NCBI GenBank assembly: GCA_965242865.1
Contig: CBDETK010000013.1
Location: forward strand, 3,456,001 to 3,520,000
Direction: 5' to 3'
From: Candidatus Latescibacterota bacterium
GTDB lineage: Bacteria > Latescibacterota > UBA2968 > UBA8231
DNA: 64,000 nt
The notes below the pieces were generated by a model that saw only the letters and a program-made list of their open reading frames with translations, did not search any database and was not told where the DNA came from. This document shows, piece after piece, positions 49,306 to 59,463 of this stretch (positions are counted from its first letter, which is position 1; each line of letters begins with the position of its first letter). The position numbers and the translations under genes were made by a program.

Positions 49306-49547
49306 TTCCCATACGCGCACTTTAGTACACGCGACTCGGCGCGCGTTGCTCTACCCGATCGTCGCCTCGTGGAGCACCCCACATGCCTCGCGCTCGTCAA
49401 TCCGTACCGCCCTCGCCGTCGTCCCCTTCGTCGTGCTCGTTGTGCTGCTGGCAAGCTGGTAATGCCTTTGACGGAACTCAAAGAAGAACAGGCAGATGAT
49501 GAGTTGCGGTGCTGTTAAAGACATCTAGCCGTGCGCCGCAACACATT

Positions 49548-50480
49548 TCATCGGCATTCCCCCTTGGCGGCACTCTTTGCCAGCCACTCGTCCCGCCCGC
49601 CGTAAGCGGCAAACACGGCTTCGAGCAAGAGCCGCACGGCTTGGCCAAAGTAGCGGCCCCGACGCCAAGCCACGCCGATTTCGCGCTCAAAGGCCACGCC
49701 GCGCACCTCTACGGTTTTGAGCGCACCGCCCGCCAGCGACTCGCCGATGGTCAGCCGCGGCAAAAACGAAATGCCCACGCCGGCCTCCACCAACTTGCGC
49801 ATGGCCTCTGGACTGTGTAGCTCCATCACCGCGCCCGGGGTTAGACCGGCTTCGGCGAGCTTTTCGTCAACCACCTTGCGCGAGACCGAGTCGGCGTGAA
49901 AGAGAATCAAAGGCTCCTCCACCACTTCGCCGAGGGCCACGGACTCACCCCGAGCAAAGCGGTGCTCAGGCCCGACGACCAACGGCATGTCGTCGCGATA
50001 AATCGGCACGGCGTCGATTTTGGGATGGATGTAAGGCAGGTGGATCAGCGCGAACTCAGAGCGCTGCATCAGCAGGTCGTCGATGAGGGAACGCGAGGGG
50101 GCGACTTGGGTCTTGAGCACCACGCCCGGATAGCGGCGCATGTACTCTTTGAGAATTTCCGGCAGGAGATAGATGACGGCCGCATCTACGGCCCCAAACT
50201 GAAAGCCCCCGCCCGGCACTAGGTCGCTTCGCTGAAGCCGCTCGCTCGCCTCTTCCAGCAAGTCCGCGACTTGGACGGCATAGCTCAAGAGCAGGCGGCC
50301 CTCGGTCGTCAGGGCCACGTGCCGATTGTCGCGGTTGAAGAGCTGGACCCCCATGCTCTTTTCCAACTCCAAAACCGCGCTGGAAACCGTCGGCTGAGTG
50401 ACGTTCATAAGGCGCGCTGCTGGGGTAAAGCCGCCGGTGCGCGCTACGGCGAGAAAGTAGCGCAGGTGTTGCAGGTTCAT
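49548..50480 (-). CDS. LysR family transcriptional regulator
   Basis: MNLQHLRYF...FT.AA..MNVTQPTVS..LE..MGVQLF.R helix-turn-helix. Confidence 0.93.
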   Translation of the reverse strand: MNLQHLRYFLAVARTGGFTPAARLMNVTQPTVSSAVLELEKSMGVQLFNRDNRHVALTTEGRLLLSYAVQVADLLEEASERLQRSDLVPGGGFQFGAVDAAVIYLLPEILKEYMRRYPGVVLKTQVAPSRSLIDDLLMQRSEFALIHLPYIHPKIDAVPIYRDDMPLVVGPEHRFARGESVALGEVVEEPLILFHADSVSRKVVDEKLAEAGLTPGAVMELHSPEAMRKLVEAGVGISFLPRLTIGESLAGGALKTVEVRGVAFEREIGVAWRRGRYFGQAVRLLLEAVFAAYGGRDEWLAKSAAKGECR

Positions 50481-50504
50481 GGCCGCAACGCGCAGGGTGC
50501 GGGG

Positions 50505-51380
50505 TTAGCCGGACTGGGCGGCTTTCACCGCGCCGAAGGTCGAGTGGCGCAAGACGGTCTGGGTGGCGTAGATGGAGCCGCCGACTTTGGCCCCGGGCAT
50601 CGGCATGCTCACCGGCACGTCGGCCACGCGGATGTGCCGGCTCGGCTCGCCGCGCACAAAGGACCGGCAATAGCCCGCCCAATCGGGTGCCGGCACTAAG
50701 GGCCAAGAATCGCCCGCGCAATACTGCAAGAGCAGGAGCCGGCGCGGATGGGGCGAGGTGTTGGGCAGGGAGCCGTGCAGGGCGCGGACGTGGTGGATGG
50801 AAATGCCGCCGGCTTTTAGCTCGATTTTTTCGGCCGCAGCGTCGTCGAAATCCGCCGTGGTCACCGCGCCGGCAAAATGGCCATCGAGGTGGTGGTTGTA
50901 AATCGGCCCTTGGTGCGACCCGGGGATGACCAGCAAGCAGCCATTGGCCTCGTTCATGTCGTCGATGCACACGCCCACGGCGAGCAGGTCGTCGTTGGTG
51001 TGCGGATAAAAGGCCCAGTCCTGATGCCACTCCACCGGACTGCCGAACGCACCGGATTTCATGTTGAGTTTGTCGCCGTTGGTGCGGATGCGCGGGCCGA
51101 TTAGCTGGGCGACGATGGCCAGAATCCGCTCGTGGTGCAGGGTGCGGCGGTAGGTCTCGTGCTGGGCAACCGGGCTTTTGAGCCGCCGCAGCTTGGGGCT
51201 GTCGGGCGCGTGCTCCGGCTCCAAGTCGAAGGTGGCATCGCTTGCGGTCGCAGCCCGCGACCGCTCCACGAACTCGTCGGTGACCTGCCGCAGCACCGCT
51301 ACTTCGCCGGGGGTCAATACCCCCTCGACGCCGAGGTAGCCCTTTTCTTGGTAGCTGGCGATTTGTTCTCGAGTTAGCAT
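50505..51380 (-). CDS. Phytanoyl-CoA dioxygenase (PhyH) family
   Basis: EWHQDWAFYPHTN, NGCLLVIPGSH, LHGS.PN.S..RR. Confidence 0.9.
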   Translation of the reverse strand: MLTREQIASYQEKGYLGVEGVLTPGEVAVLRQVTDEFVERSRAATASDATFDLEPEHAPDSPKLRRLKSPVAQHETYRRTLHHERILAIVAQLIGPRIRTNGDKLNMKSGAFGSPVEWHQDWAFYPHTNDDLLAVGVCIDDMNEANGCLLVIPGSHQGPIYNHHLDGHFAGAVTTADFDDAAAEKIELKAGGISIHHVRALHGSLPNTSPHPRRLLLLQYCAGDSWPLVPAPDWAGYCRSFVRGEPSRHIRVADVPVSMPMPGAKVGGSIYATQTVLRHSTFGAVKAAQSG

Positions 51381-51594
51381 GGCCTTTTCTCCGTCGTTGT
51401 AGGCTGTGAATTTCGTTGCTAAAGCGCAGGGACTGCCCGCCCCAATGCCCATAATATAGGGTCTGGCGAGGGCGGCCGAAAATTGGCCGGAGGGACGACG
51501 CACTCAAAGCGGTCAAAGCGCTAGGCTGCTTGCCTCTCGGCGGGCAATTGCAGAAATTAAAGCCGCGTATTTCAAGGAGAATAGAGGGGCTATT

Positions 51595-52083
51595 TTGCCA
51601 AATATAACACTTAGAACGCTCAGTCTTTTCGTCCTGCTTTTTTTGACGTGGCTGCTCTTGTCGGGCCTGTACACCGGCCTGCTCTTGGGCTTGGGCGTCC
51701 TCTCGTGCCTGTTGGTCGTCGCCGTCTGCCGCCGCATGCAGATCGTCGATCTCGAAGGGCACCCCAATCACCTCGTTATCGGGATGCTACGCTATATGCC
51801 TTGGCTCCTCTGGGCGATCGTCAAAGCCAACATCGATGTGGCGCGGCGGATCGTCCATCCTCGGCTGCCAGTGTCGCCCCGCGTCATCCGAGTCGCGGCC
51901 AGCCAAAAAACCCACTTGGGACAAGTCGTGTACGCCAACTCCATCACCCTGACGCCGGGCACGGTTGCCGTGGAGACCGGCGAAGGCACCATTGAGGTCC
52001 ACGCCTTGACCGGCGAAGCCGCCGAGGAGGTGCGCTCTGGGGATATGGACGGCCGCGTAACCGACTTGGAGGGGGAACGCTAG
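51595..52083 (+). CDS. mrpE: Na+/H+ antiporter subunit E
   Basis: ANIDVA, ANSITLTPGT. Confidence 0.92.
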   Translation: MPNITLRTLSLFVLLFLTWLLLSGLYTGLLLGLGVLSCLLVVAVCRRMQIVDLEGHPNHLVIGMLRYMPWLLWAIVKANIDVARRIVHPRLPVSPRVIRVAASQKTHLGQVVYANSITLTPGTVAVETGEGTIEVHALTGEAAEEVRSGDMDGRVTDLEGER

Positions 52084-52349
52084 TGTTCGTCGCGGCCATG
52101 ATTGGGGTGCTGGCCACCATGCTGCTGGCCTTAGTCCGCGCCTTAAAAGGCCCCACCGTGTACGATCGCGTGCTCGCCGTCAACATGTTCGGCACCAAGA
52201 CCGTGTTGCTTTTGTCGGTCATCGGCTTTTTGACCGGCCGGCCCGATTTTCTCGACTTGGGGTTGGTCTATGCGCTAATCAACTTCATCGGCACCATCGC
52301 CATCCTCAAATACGTCTCGACCGCTGGCGAGGAGGAGGTCCGCGCCTGA
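52083..52349 (+). CDS. mrpF: Na+/H+ antiporter subunit F
   Basis: GPTVYDRVLA, YALINFIG. Confidence 0.9.
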   Translation: MFVAAMIGVLATMLLALVRALKGPTVYDRVLAVNMFGTKTVLLLSVIGFLTGRPDFLDLGLVYALINFIGTIAILKYVSTAGEEEVRA

Positions 52350-52663
52350 TGGAAGCACTGCTCTACTATGCGAGCTGGGCTTGTCTGTTGTTGGGGGCTG
52401 GTTTTTGCTTCATCGGCGGCTTGGGCCTCCTGCGGCTGCCCGACTTCTACACCCGCATGCACGGCAGTGGGGTCACCGACACGCTGGGCGCGGGGCTGGT
52501 CCTCTTGGGGCTTGGGTTCCAGAGCGGCCTGTCGCTAGCCACCGTCAAGCTGGCGATGATCGCGCTCTTCTTGCTGCTGGCCAGCCCGGTGGCCACCCAC
52601 GCCATTGCCCGCGCGGCCCGGCACAGCGGACTCGCTCCCCAAGGCACAGGGGAAGAACCGTGA
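52349..52663 (+). CDS. mrpG: Na+/H+ antiporter subunit G
   Basis: LRLPDFYTRMH, DTLG, PVATHAIARAA. Confidence 0.92.
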   Translation: MEALLYYASWACLLLGAGFCFIGGLGLLRLPDFYTRMHGSGVTDTLGAGLVLLGLGFQSGLSLATVKLAMIALFLLLASPVATHAIARAARHSGLAPQGTGEEP

Positions 52664-53625
52664 CAGTCGCGCTCGTGGACATCGCGCTGATGACGTTCCT
52701 CGCGATCATCGCCGTAGCCATTATTCAAGTGCGGGACCTGTTTGCCGCGGTGGTGCTCACCGGCATCTTCAGCCTGCTCTCGGCTTGTATCTTCACCACC
52801 CTCGACGCGGTCGATGTGGCCTTCACCGAAGCGGCCGTGGGGGCCGGCTTGGCCACGGTCCTCTTTCTGGCCGCGCTTTCTTCGACCGGGCCGAGCGAAA
52901 AGGCCCGCCCTCAACCCTCGTGGAGCGGCCTCGCCGTCTGCCTCCTGACCGGCGGAGTGCTCGTCTATGGCACGCTCGATATGCCGCACTTGGGCGATCC
53001 CGACGCGCCGGTCCACCAGCACGTGGCCCCCCGCTACATCGCCGAGTCCCCGGCGGAAATCGGCATTCCCAACATGGTCACCTCGGTGCTGGCCAGCTAC
53101 CGCGGCTACGACACCTTGGGCGAGGTCGCGGTGATTTTCACGGCCGGCTTGGCGGTGATCTTGCTCTTGTACGGCCGCCGCCCCGCGCCGGAAGACAGCG
53201 AGTCCATGCACCACGCCATGATCCTCCGCGTCGTCGCCAAGCTCATCATCCCGCTGATTCTGCTCTTTGCCCTCTACGTGCAGTTCCACGGCGACTTCGG
53301 CCCCGGCGGCGGTTTCCAAGCCGGCGTGATTTTTGCCGCGGCCTTTATTCTCTACGCCCTGATTTACGGGGTCGAGGAAGCGCGCCGAGTGGCCCCGGCA
53401 GGCCGCGTCCGCGTCTTTTGCGCCTTGGGGCTCCTGCTCTACATTGGCACGGGCTTGGCCTGCCTGTTGGCCGGCGGCAATTTCCTCGAATACAAGGCAC
53501 TGGCCAGCGAGCCCACCCACGGCGAGCACTACGGCATTTTGCTGATCGAGCTCGGGGTCGGCATTACCGTCGCCGCTGTGGTAATCAACACCTTCTGCCA
53601 CTTTGCCAGCCGAGGGCGGCCATGA
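52660..53625 (+). CDS. mrpB: Na+/H+ antiporter subunit B, fused DUF4040 + MnhB
   Basis: DVAFTEAAVGAG, NMVTSVLASYRGYDTLGE, HG..GPGGGFQAG. Confidence 0.88.
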   Translation: MTVALVDIALMTFLAIIAVAIIQVRDLFAAVVLTGIFSLLSACIFTTLDAVDVAFTEAAVGAGLATVLFLAALSSTGPSEKARPQPSWSGLAVCLLTGGVLVYGTLDMPHLGDPDAPVHQHVAPRYIAESPAEIGIPNMVTSVLASYRGYDTLGEVAVIFTAGLAVILLLYGRRPAPEDSESMHHAMILRVVAKLIIPLILLFALYVQFHGDFGPGGGFQAGVIFAAAFILYALIYGVEEARRVAPAGRVRVFCALGLLLYIGTGLACLLAGGNFLEYKALASEPTHGEHYGILLIELGVGITVAAVVINTFCHFASRGRP

Positions 53626-53978
53626 GTTCGGTCCTCGGCTTGTACAACTACTGGATCGTCATCTTCCTGATGATGGCCGGTTTTTACAACGTCATCGCCC
53701 GCGGCAACCTGATTAGGAAGCTCATCGGCCTCAACATCTTCCAGACCTCGGTTTTTTTGCTCTACATTAGCCTCGGCAAAGTGGCAGGGGGGACCGCGCC
53801 CATCCTCGCCGAAGGGGCCGCGACGTACTCCAACCCCCTGCCCCACGTCCTCATCCTCACCGCCATTGTCGTCGGCATCGCGACCACCGCTGTGGGCTTG
53901 GCGCTGGTGGTGCGCATCCGCGCGGCCTACGGAACCATCAAAGAGGACACAATCCAGCACCGGGAAGAGGGGCCGTGA
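53622..53978 (+). CDS. mrpC: Na+/H+ antiporter subunit C
   Basis: NPLPHVLILTAIVVG. Confidence 0.92.
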   Translation: MSSVLGLYNYWIVIFLMMAGFYNVIARGNLIRKLIGLNIFQTSVFLLYISLGKVAGGTAPILAEGAATYSNPLPHVLILTAIVVGIATTAVGLALVVRIRAAYGTIKEDTIQHREEGP

Positions 53979-55456
53979 TCGCCGCCCATCTACCCGCCCT
54001 GCAGATCGTCTTGCCGCTGGTCGCTGCGCCCGTTTGCCTCGTGCTGCGCCCGCCGCGCTTGCTGTGGCCGTTTGTCATGGCCGTCGGCTGGGGCACGCTG
54101 GCACTGGCCGGGCTGCTGTTGCAGCAAGTGCTCGCCGACGGCCCCATCTCCTACGCCTTGGGCGGCTGGAGCGCCCCTTGGGGCATTGAGTACCGGGTCG
54201 ATGTCCTCAATGCGTATCTGATTTTGCTGGTGGCGTTGATCGGGGCCGTGGTCCTGACCTACGCGCCGGCGAGTGCGGCGGCCGAGATCGAAGCCGAGCG
54301 GCGGCCGTATTTCTGCGCGCTCTTTCTGCTGTGTCTCGCTGGGCTGCTGGGCATTGCCATTACCGGCGACGCCTTCAATGTATTTGTCTTTATGGAAATC
54401 TCGTCGCTTTCGGCTTACGGGCTGATTAGCCTCGGCCGGGATCGCCGTGCCCTGATGGCGACGTATAACTACCTGATCTTGGGCACGATTGGGGCGACCT
54501 TTATCCTAATCGGCATCGGCCTGATGTACGCGATGACCGGCACGCTCAACATGGCCGATCTCGCCGTGCGGATCAAAGCCGTGGCCGACACCCGCACCAT
54601 CAAAGTGGCCTTTGCCTTTCTAAGCGTAGGCTTCACGCTCAAGATGGCGCTTTTCCCGCTGCACTTATGGTTGCCCAACGCCTACACCTATGCCCCTTCG
54701 GTCGTCACCGCCTTTATCGCCGCGACCGCAACCAAGATCGCGGTGTACGCCTTCCTGCGCTTCGCCTTTGCGATTTTTGGCGCGGCCTTTGCCTTTGATA
54801 CCATGCACCTCGATGTCCTGCTCTTGCCGCTGGTGCTGCTGGGCATTTTTATCGCCTCGGCCGTGGCCGTGTATCAAGCCGATCTCAAGCGGCTTTTGGC
54901 TTACTCAAGCGTGGCGCAAATCGGCTACGCCATGCTCGGCATCAGCTTGGGGTCGGCCACGGGCCTGACGGCCGGCATCGTCCACCTCTTCAATCACGCC
55001 CTGATGAAGGCGGCCCTCTTCCTAGCGGCCGGCTGCATCGTCCTCCGCGTCCAGTCCCTGCAACTGGCCGACCTCAGCGGGCTGGGCAAGCGCCTGCCCC
55101 TGACTTCGTGCGCCTTTGTCCTCGCCGGCTTGGGGCTCGTGGGCATGCCCTTTACCGTGGGCTTTATCAGCAAGTGGTACTTGGTCTTGGGGGCGCTAGA
55201 GCGCGGGTGGTGGCCGGTGGCCGCGCTCGTGGCGATCAGCTCGCTGCTGGCGCTGGCTTACATTTGGCGCTTTGTCGAGGTGGCCTATTTCCGCCCGGTC
55301 CCCAAAGAGGCCGCGCCGGTCGCCGAAGCCCCTCTGTCGATGCAAATTCCCCTGTGGCTGCTCATCGCCTTGGCGATTGGCTTGGGGGTGCAGACCTCGC
55401 TGACGGCTGGGGTCGCCCGCCAAGCCGCGCACTATCTCTTGGGCGTGGCACCGTGA
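53975..55456 (+). CDS. mrpD: Na+/H+ antiporter subunit D family (1)
   Basis: GDAFNVFVFMEI, KMALFPLHLWLP.AY, KRLLAYSS, NHALMK. Confidence 0.9.
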   Translation: MIAAHLPALQIVLPLVAAPVCLVLRPPRLLWPFVMAVGWGTLALAGLLLQQVLADGPISYALGGWSAPWGIEYRVDVLNAYLILLVALIGAVVLTYAPASAAAEIEAERRPYFCALFLLCLAGLLGIAITGDAFNVFVFMEISSLSAYGLISLGRDRRALMATYNYLILGTIGATFILIGIGLMYAMTGTLNMADLAVRIKAVADTRTIKVAFAFLSVGFTLKMALFPLHLWLPNAYTYAPSVVTAFIAATATKIAVYAFLRFAFAIFGAAFAFDTMHLDVLLLPLVLLGIFIASAVAVYQADLKRLLAYSSVAQIGYAMLGISLGSATGLTAGIVHLFNHALMKAALFLAAGCIVLRVQSLQLADLSGLGKRLPLTSCAFVLAGLGLVGMPFTVGFISKWYLVLGALERGWWPVAALVAISSLLALAYIWRFVEVAYFRPVPKEAAPVAEAPLSMQIPLWLLIALAIGLGVQTSLTAGVARQAAHYLLGVAP

Positions 55457-56907
55457 ATGCCTCCACCGCCATCGTCGCGGCCGTGCTGCTGCCCTTGGCC
55501 GCGACGCCCTTGATCGCCCTGTTGGGCGGCCGGCCCAACCTGCGCGAGGCCGCGACCCTGCTCGCCGCGGGCGGCACCTTTGCCATCGTCTGCACCCTAG
55601 TGCCCAAAGTCGCGGCCGGCGCCCGGCCGGCCGTGCAGCTGGTGGAAGTCTTGCCGGGGCTGCCGCTGGCCTTTGAGGTCGAGCCGCTCGGCGCGCTCTT
55701 CGCGCTGATCGCCGCGGGGCTGTGGACGGCCACTTCGCTCTACTCCATCGGCTACCTGCGGGGCCATCGCGAGGAGCACCAGACCCGCTTTTTCGCCTTC
55801 TTCGCCTTGGCGATCGCCGCGGCCTTGGGCGCGGCCTTTGCCAGCAACATGCTGACCCTGTTTTTCTGCTACGAGGCCCTGACCCTGACGACCTATCCGC
55901 TGGTCACCCACCACCGCAGTGCAGAGGCCAAAGCCGGGGGCCGCGTCTATCTGGGCGTCCTGCTTTCGACCTCGATCGGCTTCCTGCTGCTGGCGATGGT
56001 CGCCACCTATCACCTCACCGGCACCCTCGACTTCGTCCCGGGGGGCATCCTCGCCAACGAGACGCCGACGTGGGGCCTCGGCGTCTTGCTCTTTCTCTAC
56101 GCCTTTGGCACGGGCAAGGCCGCGCTGATGCCCTTCCACCGCTGGCTCCCCGCGGCCATGGTCGCGCCGGCCCCGGTCAGCGCCCTCTTGCACGCGGTGG
56201 CCGTAGTCAAGGCCGGCGTCTTCACCATCCTCAAAGTGGTCGTCTATATCTTCGGCATTGACCTGCTCGCCGACACGGGCTTGGGCGCGTATTTGGCCTA
56301 CGCGGCCGGCGCCACGATCCTCATTGGCTCGCTGGTGGCCATGACCAAGGACAACCTCAAGGCGCGCTTGGCGTATTCCACCGTCAGTCAGCTCGCGTAC
56401 ATCGTGCTCGGCGCGGCGCTGGCCAATGGTTGGGGCATCCTCGGCGGCAGCCTGCACATCGCCATGCATGCCTTTGGCAAAATCACCCTGTTCTTCTGCG
56501 CTGGGGCCATCGCGGTGGCCCTGCACAAGACCGAGATCAGCGAGATGAAGGGCATTGGCCGGCAGATGCCTTGGACGATGGGGGCCTTTCTCGTCGGCTC
56601 GCTCAGCATCATCGGCTTGCCGCCGCTCGGCGGGGCTTGGAGCAAGTGGTATCTCATCCTCGCCGGGCTCAACGCCGAGCAGTACGCAGTCATCGGCGTA
56701 CTCGTGGTAAGCTCACTGCTCAACATCGCCTATTTATGCCCGGTGGCCATCAATGCCTTTTTCTACCCAGCACCGGACGGCGAAAGCGGCCGGCGGGAAG
56801 CGCCGCTGGCCTGCGTCCTGCCGCTGGTTTGCACGGCCTTGGGCGGGCTGGTGCTCTTCCTCTACCCGGACCCCCTCCTCAACCTCTGCCGCCAGATCGG
56901 AGGATAA
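55453..56907 (+). CDS. Na+/H+ antiporter subunit D family (2)
   Basis: WLPAAMVAPAPVSALLHAVAVVK, LKARLAYST, HAFGK. Confidence 0.88.
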   Translation: MNASTAIVAAVLLPLAATPLIALLGGRPNLREAATLLAAGGTFAIVCTLVPKVAAGARPAVQLVEVLPGLPLAFEVEPLGALFALIAAGLWTATSLYSIGYLRGHREEHQTRFFAFFALAIAAALGAAFASNMLTLFFCYEALTLTTYPLVTHHRSAEAKAGGRVYLGVLLSTSIGFLLLAMVATYHLTGTLDFVPGGILANETPTWGLGVLLFLYAFGTGKAALMPFHRWLPAAMVAPAPVSALLHAVAVVKAGVFTILKVVVYIFGIDLLADTGLGAYLAYAAGATILIGSLVAMTKDNLKARLAYSTVSQLAYIVLGAALANGWGILGGSLHIAMHAFGKITLFFCAGAIAVALHKTEISEMKGIGRQMPWTMGAFLVGSLSIIGLPPLGGAWSKWYLILAGLNAEQYAVIGVLVVSSLLNIAYLCPVAINAFFYPAPDGESGRREAPLACVLPLVCTALGGLVLFLYPDPLLNLCRQIGG

Positions 56908-56911
56908 AGCC

Positions 56912-57172
56912 ATGCCTTCAGAGAAAAAACATCTATTCGACGCGCCGCAGAACGTCTATCGCTTGCTAGGAATCTTCTTCGCGCTCTGCGCCGTGCTCTT
57001 GGGGATGGACCTGCTCTTCCATCGGCACTTGAGCTTTGCCGCGGGAGTCTTCCCGGTTGAAGGATGGTTCGGCTTTTACGCGATATACGGATTTGTCGCG
57101 TGCGTGTTCTTGGTGTTGGCGGCCACCCAGCTGCGCAAGGTGCTGATGCGCCGCGAGGAGTACTATGACTAG
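56912..57172 (+). CDS. Small two-TM membrane protein in the mrp operon
   Basis: RBS GGAGG; GFYAIYGFVAC...K.LMR.EEYYD; overlaps the next gene. Confidence 0.75.
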   Translation: MPSEKKHLFDAPQNVYRLLGIFFALCAVLLGMDLLFHRHLSFAAGVFPVEGWFGFYAIYGFVACVFLVLAATQLRKVLMRREEYYD

Positions 57173-58853
57173 CCTACCCCCAGCAGTCTTTCTACTCGTA
57201 GGCGGGCTGCTGTTGCCCGTCTTGCCGCTGGCCGTGCGGCGGGTGGCCTTGCTGCTGTTGCCGCTCGCCGGACTCTACAATCTCCTCGGCTACCAAGCCG
57301 GCGACAGCCAAGTCGGTGCCCTCGCCGGGTACGAGCTGCACTGGGTGCGCGTCGATCAACTCAGCCTGCTGTTTGGCTATCTCTTTCACTTGGCCGCCTT
57401 CCTCGCCGCGCTCTTCTCCCTGCACCTGCGCGACCGACTGCAACAGGCGACCGGCCTCCTGTACGCGGGCGCGGCCGTGGGGGCAGTCTTTGCCGGCGAT
57501 CTCATCGCGCTCTTCATCTTCTGGGAGCTGTTGGCGATTACCTCGGTCTTCCAGATCTGGGCGAGCCGGAGCGAAAGGGCCTTGGCCGCGGGAACGCGCT
57601 ACCTGCTGATCAACGTCAGCTCCGGCCTGCTGCTCGTGGTCGGCACGGCTTGGCACTATCAGCAGACCGGCTCGCTGGCACTGGGGCATTTGGGCATCGA
57701 TAGCTGGGCCACGCGGCTGATTTTTCTCGGCGTTGGCATTAAATGCGCCTTCCCGTTCTTGCACTCGTGGCTGGTGGATGCCTACCCAGAGTCCACGCCC
57801 ACGGGCGCGGTCTTTTTGAGTACCTTTAGCACCAAGACTGCGGTCTATGTGTTGGCGCGCAGCTTTGCCGGCACCGAATACCTGCTTTACATCGGCGCGG
57901 CCATGGCGATGTTCCCCATCTTCTATGCGGTCATTGAAAACGATCTGCGCCGCGTGTTGAGCTACAGCATGATCAACCAGATCGGCTTTATGGTCGTCGG
58001 GGTCGGCTTGGGGCCGGGCATGGGGGTCAACGGCGCGGTGGCCCACGCCTTTGCCCATATCCTCTACAAGGCACTCCTGTTCATGTCGATGGGGGCCGTG
58101 CTCTACCGCACCGGCCGGATCAACGGCTCAGATCTCGGGGGCCTGTACAAATCCATGCCTTGGACCTGCGGCTTCTGCATGGTCGGAGCCGCGTCGATTT
58201 CGGCTTTCCCGCTCTTTAGCGGCTTTGTCAGCAAGTCCATGGTCATGCGGGCCGCGGCCAACGAGGGGCACCTCGGGGTGTGGCTGCTGCTGCTGTTTGC
58301 CTCGGCCGGCGTCTTCCACCACGCCGGCATCAAGGTTCCCTTCTTTGCCTTCTTCGCCCACGACGCGGGGATCCGCTGCCGCGAAGCACCGCGCAACATG
58401 CTCTGGGCCATGGGGCTTGGAGCGGCGCTGTGCATTGGCATTGGCTCGTTCCCGCACTATCTGTACCGCCTCCTGCCCTACCCGGTTGACTACGTCCCTT
58501 ACGACGCGACCCACGTCGTCTTACAACTCCAGTTGTTGTTCTTTTCGGCGCTGGCCTTTGTCGCGCTCAAGCTGACGGGCCTGTACCCACCGGAGCTGCG
58601 CTCGGCCAACCTCGACGTGGACTGGACCTACCGCAAGCTGCTACCGGGCGCGGCGCGGTGGTGCGTACAACGGGGTGCGCCGCTGCGGGATGGACTGATC
58701 GCGTGGGGCAAGCGGCAGGTCTTCTCGCTCGTGGAGCGGGTGCGCCAGTACCACGGCCCGGCCGGGGTCTTTGCCCGGGCTTGGCCCAGCAGCAGCAGCG
58801 TGTTGGTGGTGGCGATTTTCTTGGCACTATACTTGTTTTTTTACTTGGGCTGA
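57165..58853 (+). CDS. Na+/H+ antiporter subunit D family (3)
   Basis: FIFWE, WLVDAYPE, LRRVLSYS, HILYKALLF, PLFSGFVSK. Confidence 0.88.
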   Translation: MTSLPPAVFLLVGGLLLPVLPLAVRRVALLLLPLAGLYNLLGYQAGDSQVGALAGYELHWVRVDQLSLLFGYLFHLAAFLAALFSLHLRDRLQQATGLLYAGAAVGAVFAGDLIALFIFWELLAITSVFQIWASRSERALAAGTRYLLINVSSGLLLVVGTAWHYQQTGSLALGHLGIDSWATRLIFLGVGIKCAFPFLHSWLVDAYPESTPTGAVFLSTFSTKTAVYVLARSFAGTEYLLYIGAAMAMFPIFYAVIENDLRRVLSYSMINQIGFMVVGVGLGPGMGVNGAVAHAFAHILYKALLFMSMGAVLYRTGRINGSDLGGLYKSMPWTCGFCMVGAASISAFPLFSGFVSKSMVMRAAANEGHLGVWLLLLFASAGVFHHAGIKVPFFAFFAHDAGIRCREAPRNMLWAMGLGAALCIGIGSFPHYLYRLLPYPVDYVPYDATHVVLQLQLLFFSALAFVALKLTGLYPPELRSANLDVDWTYRKLLPGAARWCVQRGAPLRDGLIAWGKRQVFSLVERVRQYHGPAGVFARAWPSSSSVLVVAIFLALYLFFYLG

Positions 58854-58866
58854 CGCGGTGCCGCCA

Positions 58867-59352
58867 TTAGATCTGCAAGGCCGAGCGAATGGCCGCGGCA
58901 ATGGCGGCCGGGGGTGGGCCGATGTCCACGCTCAGCGCGTCGCTCGGCTCTTCGAGGGTCGCAAATTGGCTGTTGAGCAGGGTGGCCGGCATGTAGCGGT
59001 GCTGCCGCGTCGCCAGCCGCCGGGCGATGAGGGCCTTCGGGCCTTTGAGATGGACGATTTGCACGCCGGGCCGGCCGCCGACCAAGAGGTCGCGGTAGCT
59101 CTGTTTGAGCGCGGAACACCCGAGGATCGCCCCTTGGTCGGCGCGGAGCCACTGGCCGATGGCTGCCGCGAGGGTCTCCAGCCAAGGCCAGCGGTCTTCG
59201 TCAACAAGCGGCGTACCGCTGGCCATTTTGCGCACGTTGGCTGGGGGGTGGAAATCGTCCGCGTCGTAATAAGCCCAGCCGAGCTGTTGGGCGAGCAACT
59301 CGCCCACCGTCGTCTTGCCGCTGCCGGTTACGCCCATTAGTACGATGACCAT
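58867..59352 (-). CDS. gntK: Gluconokinase
   Basis: MGVTGSGKT, DDFHP.ANV.KM, CSALK..YR, SQFATLE. Confidence 0.92.
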   Translation of the reverse strand: MVIVLMGVTGSGKTTVGELLAQQLGWAYYDADDFHPPANVRKMASGTPLVDEDRWPWLETLAAAIGQWLRADQGAILGCSALKQSYRDLLVGGRPGVQIVHLKGPKALIARRLATRQHRYMPATLLNSQFATLEEPSDALSVDIGPPPAAIAAAIRSALQI

Positions 59353-59463
59353 GCGCTGCACCTCCCGCCTGAACATATAGGAGCGCGTCTATTGCAACAA
59401 GGCGACCCGCGCCAAGGCTTGCGGTGTTGACAAGGTGACGCGCTCTACTTGTGTTTGACAGCA

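Noticed and set aside
50056-51771. 571-aa minus-strand ORF and similar long overlapping ORFs (e.g. 52447-53601, 13241-14293)
   Set aside because: Alternative-frame or antisense shadows of recognisable genes, common in GC-rich DNA.
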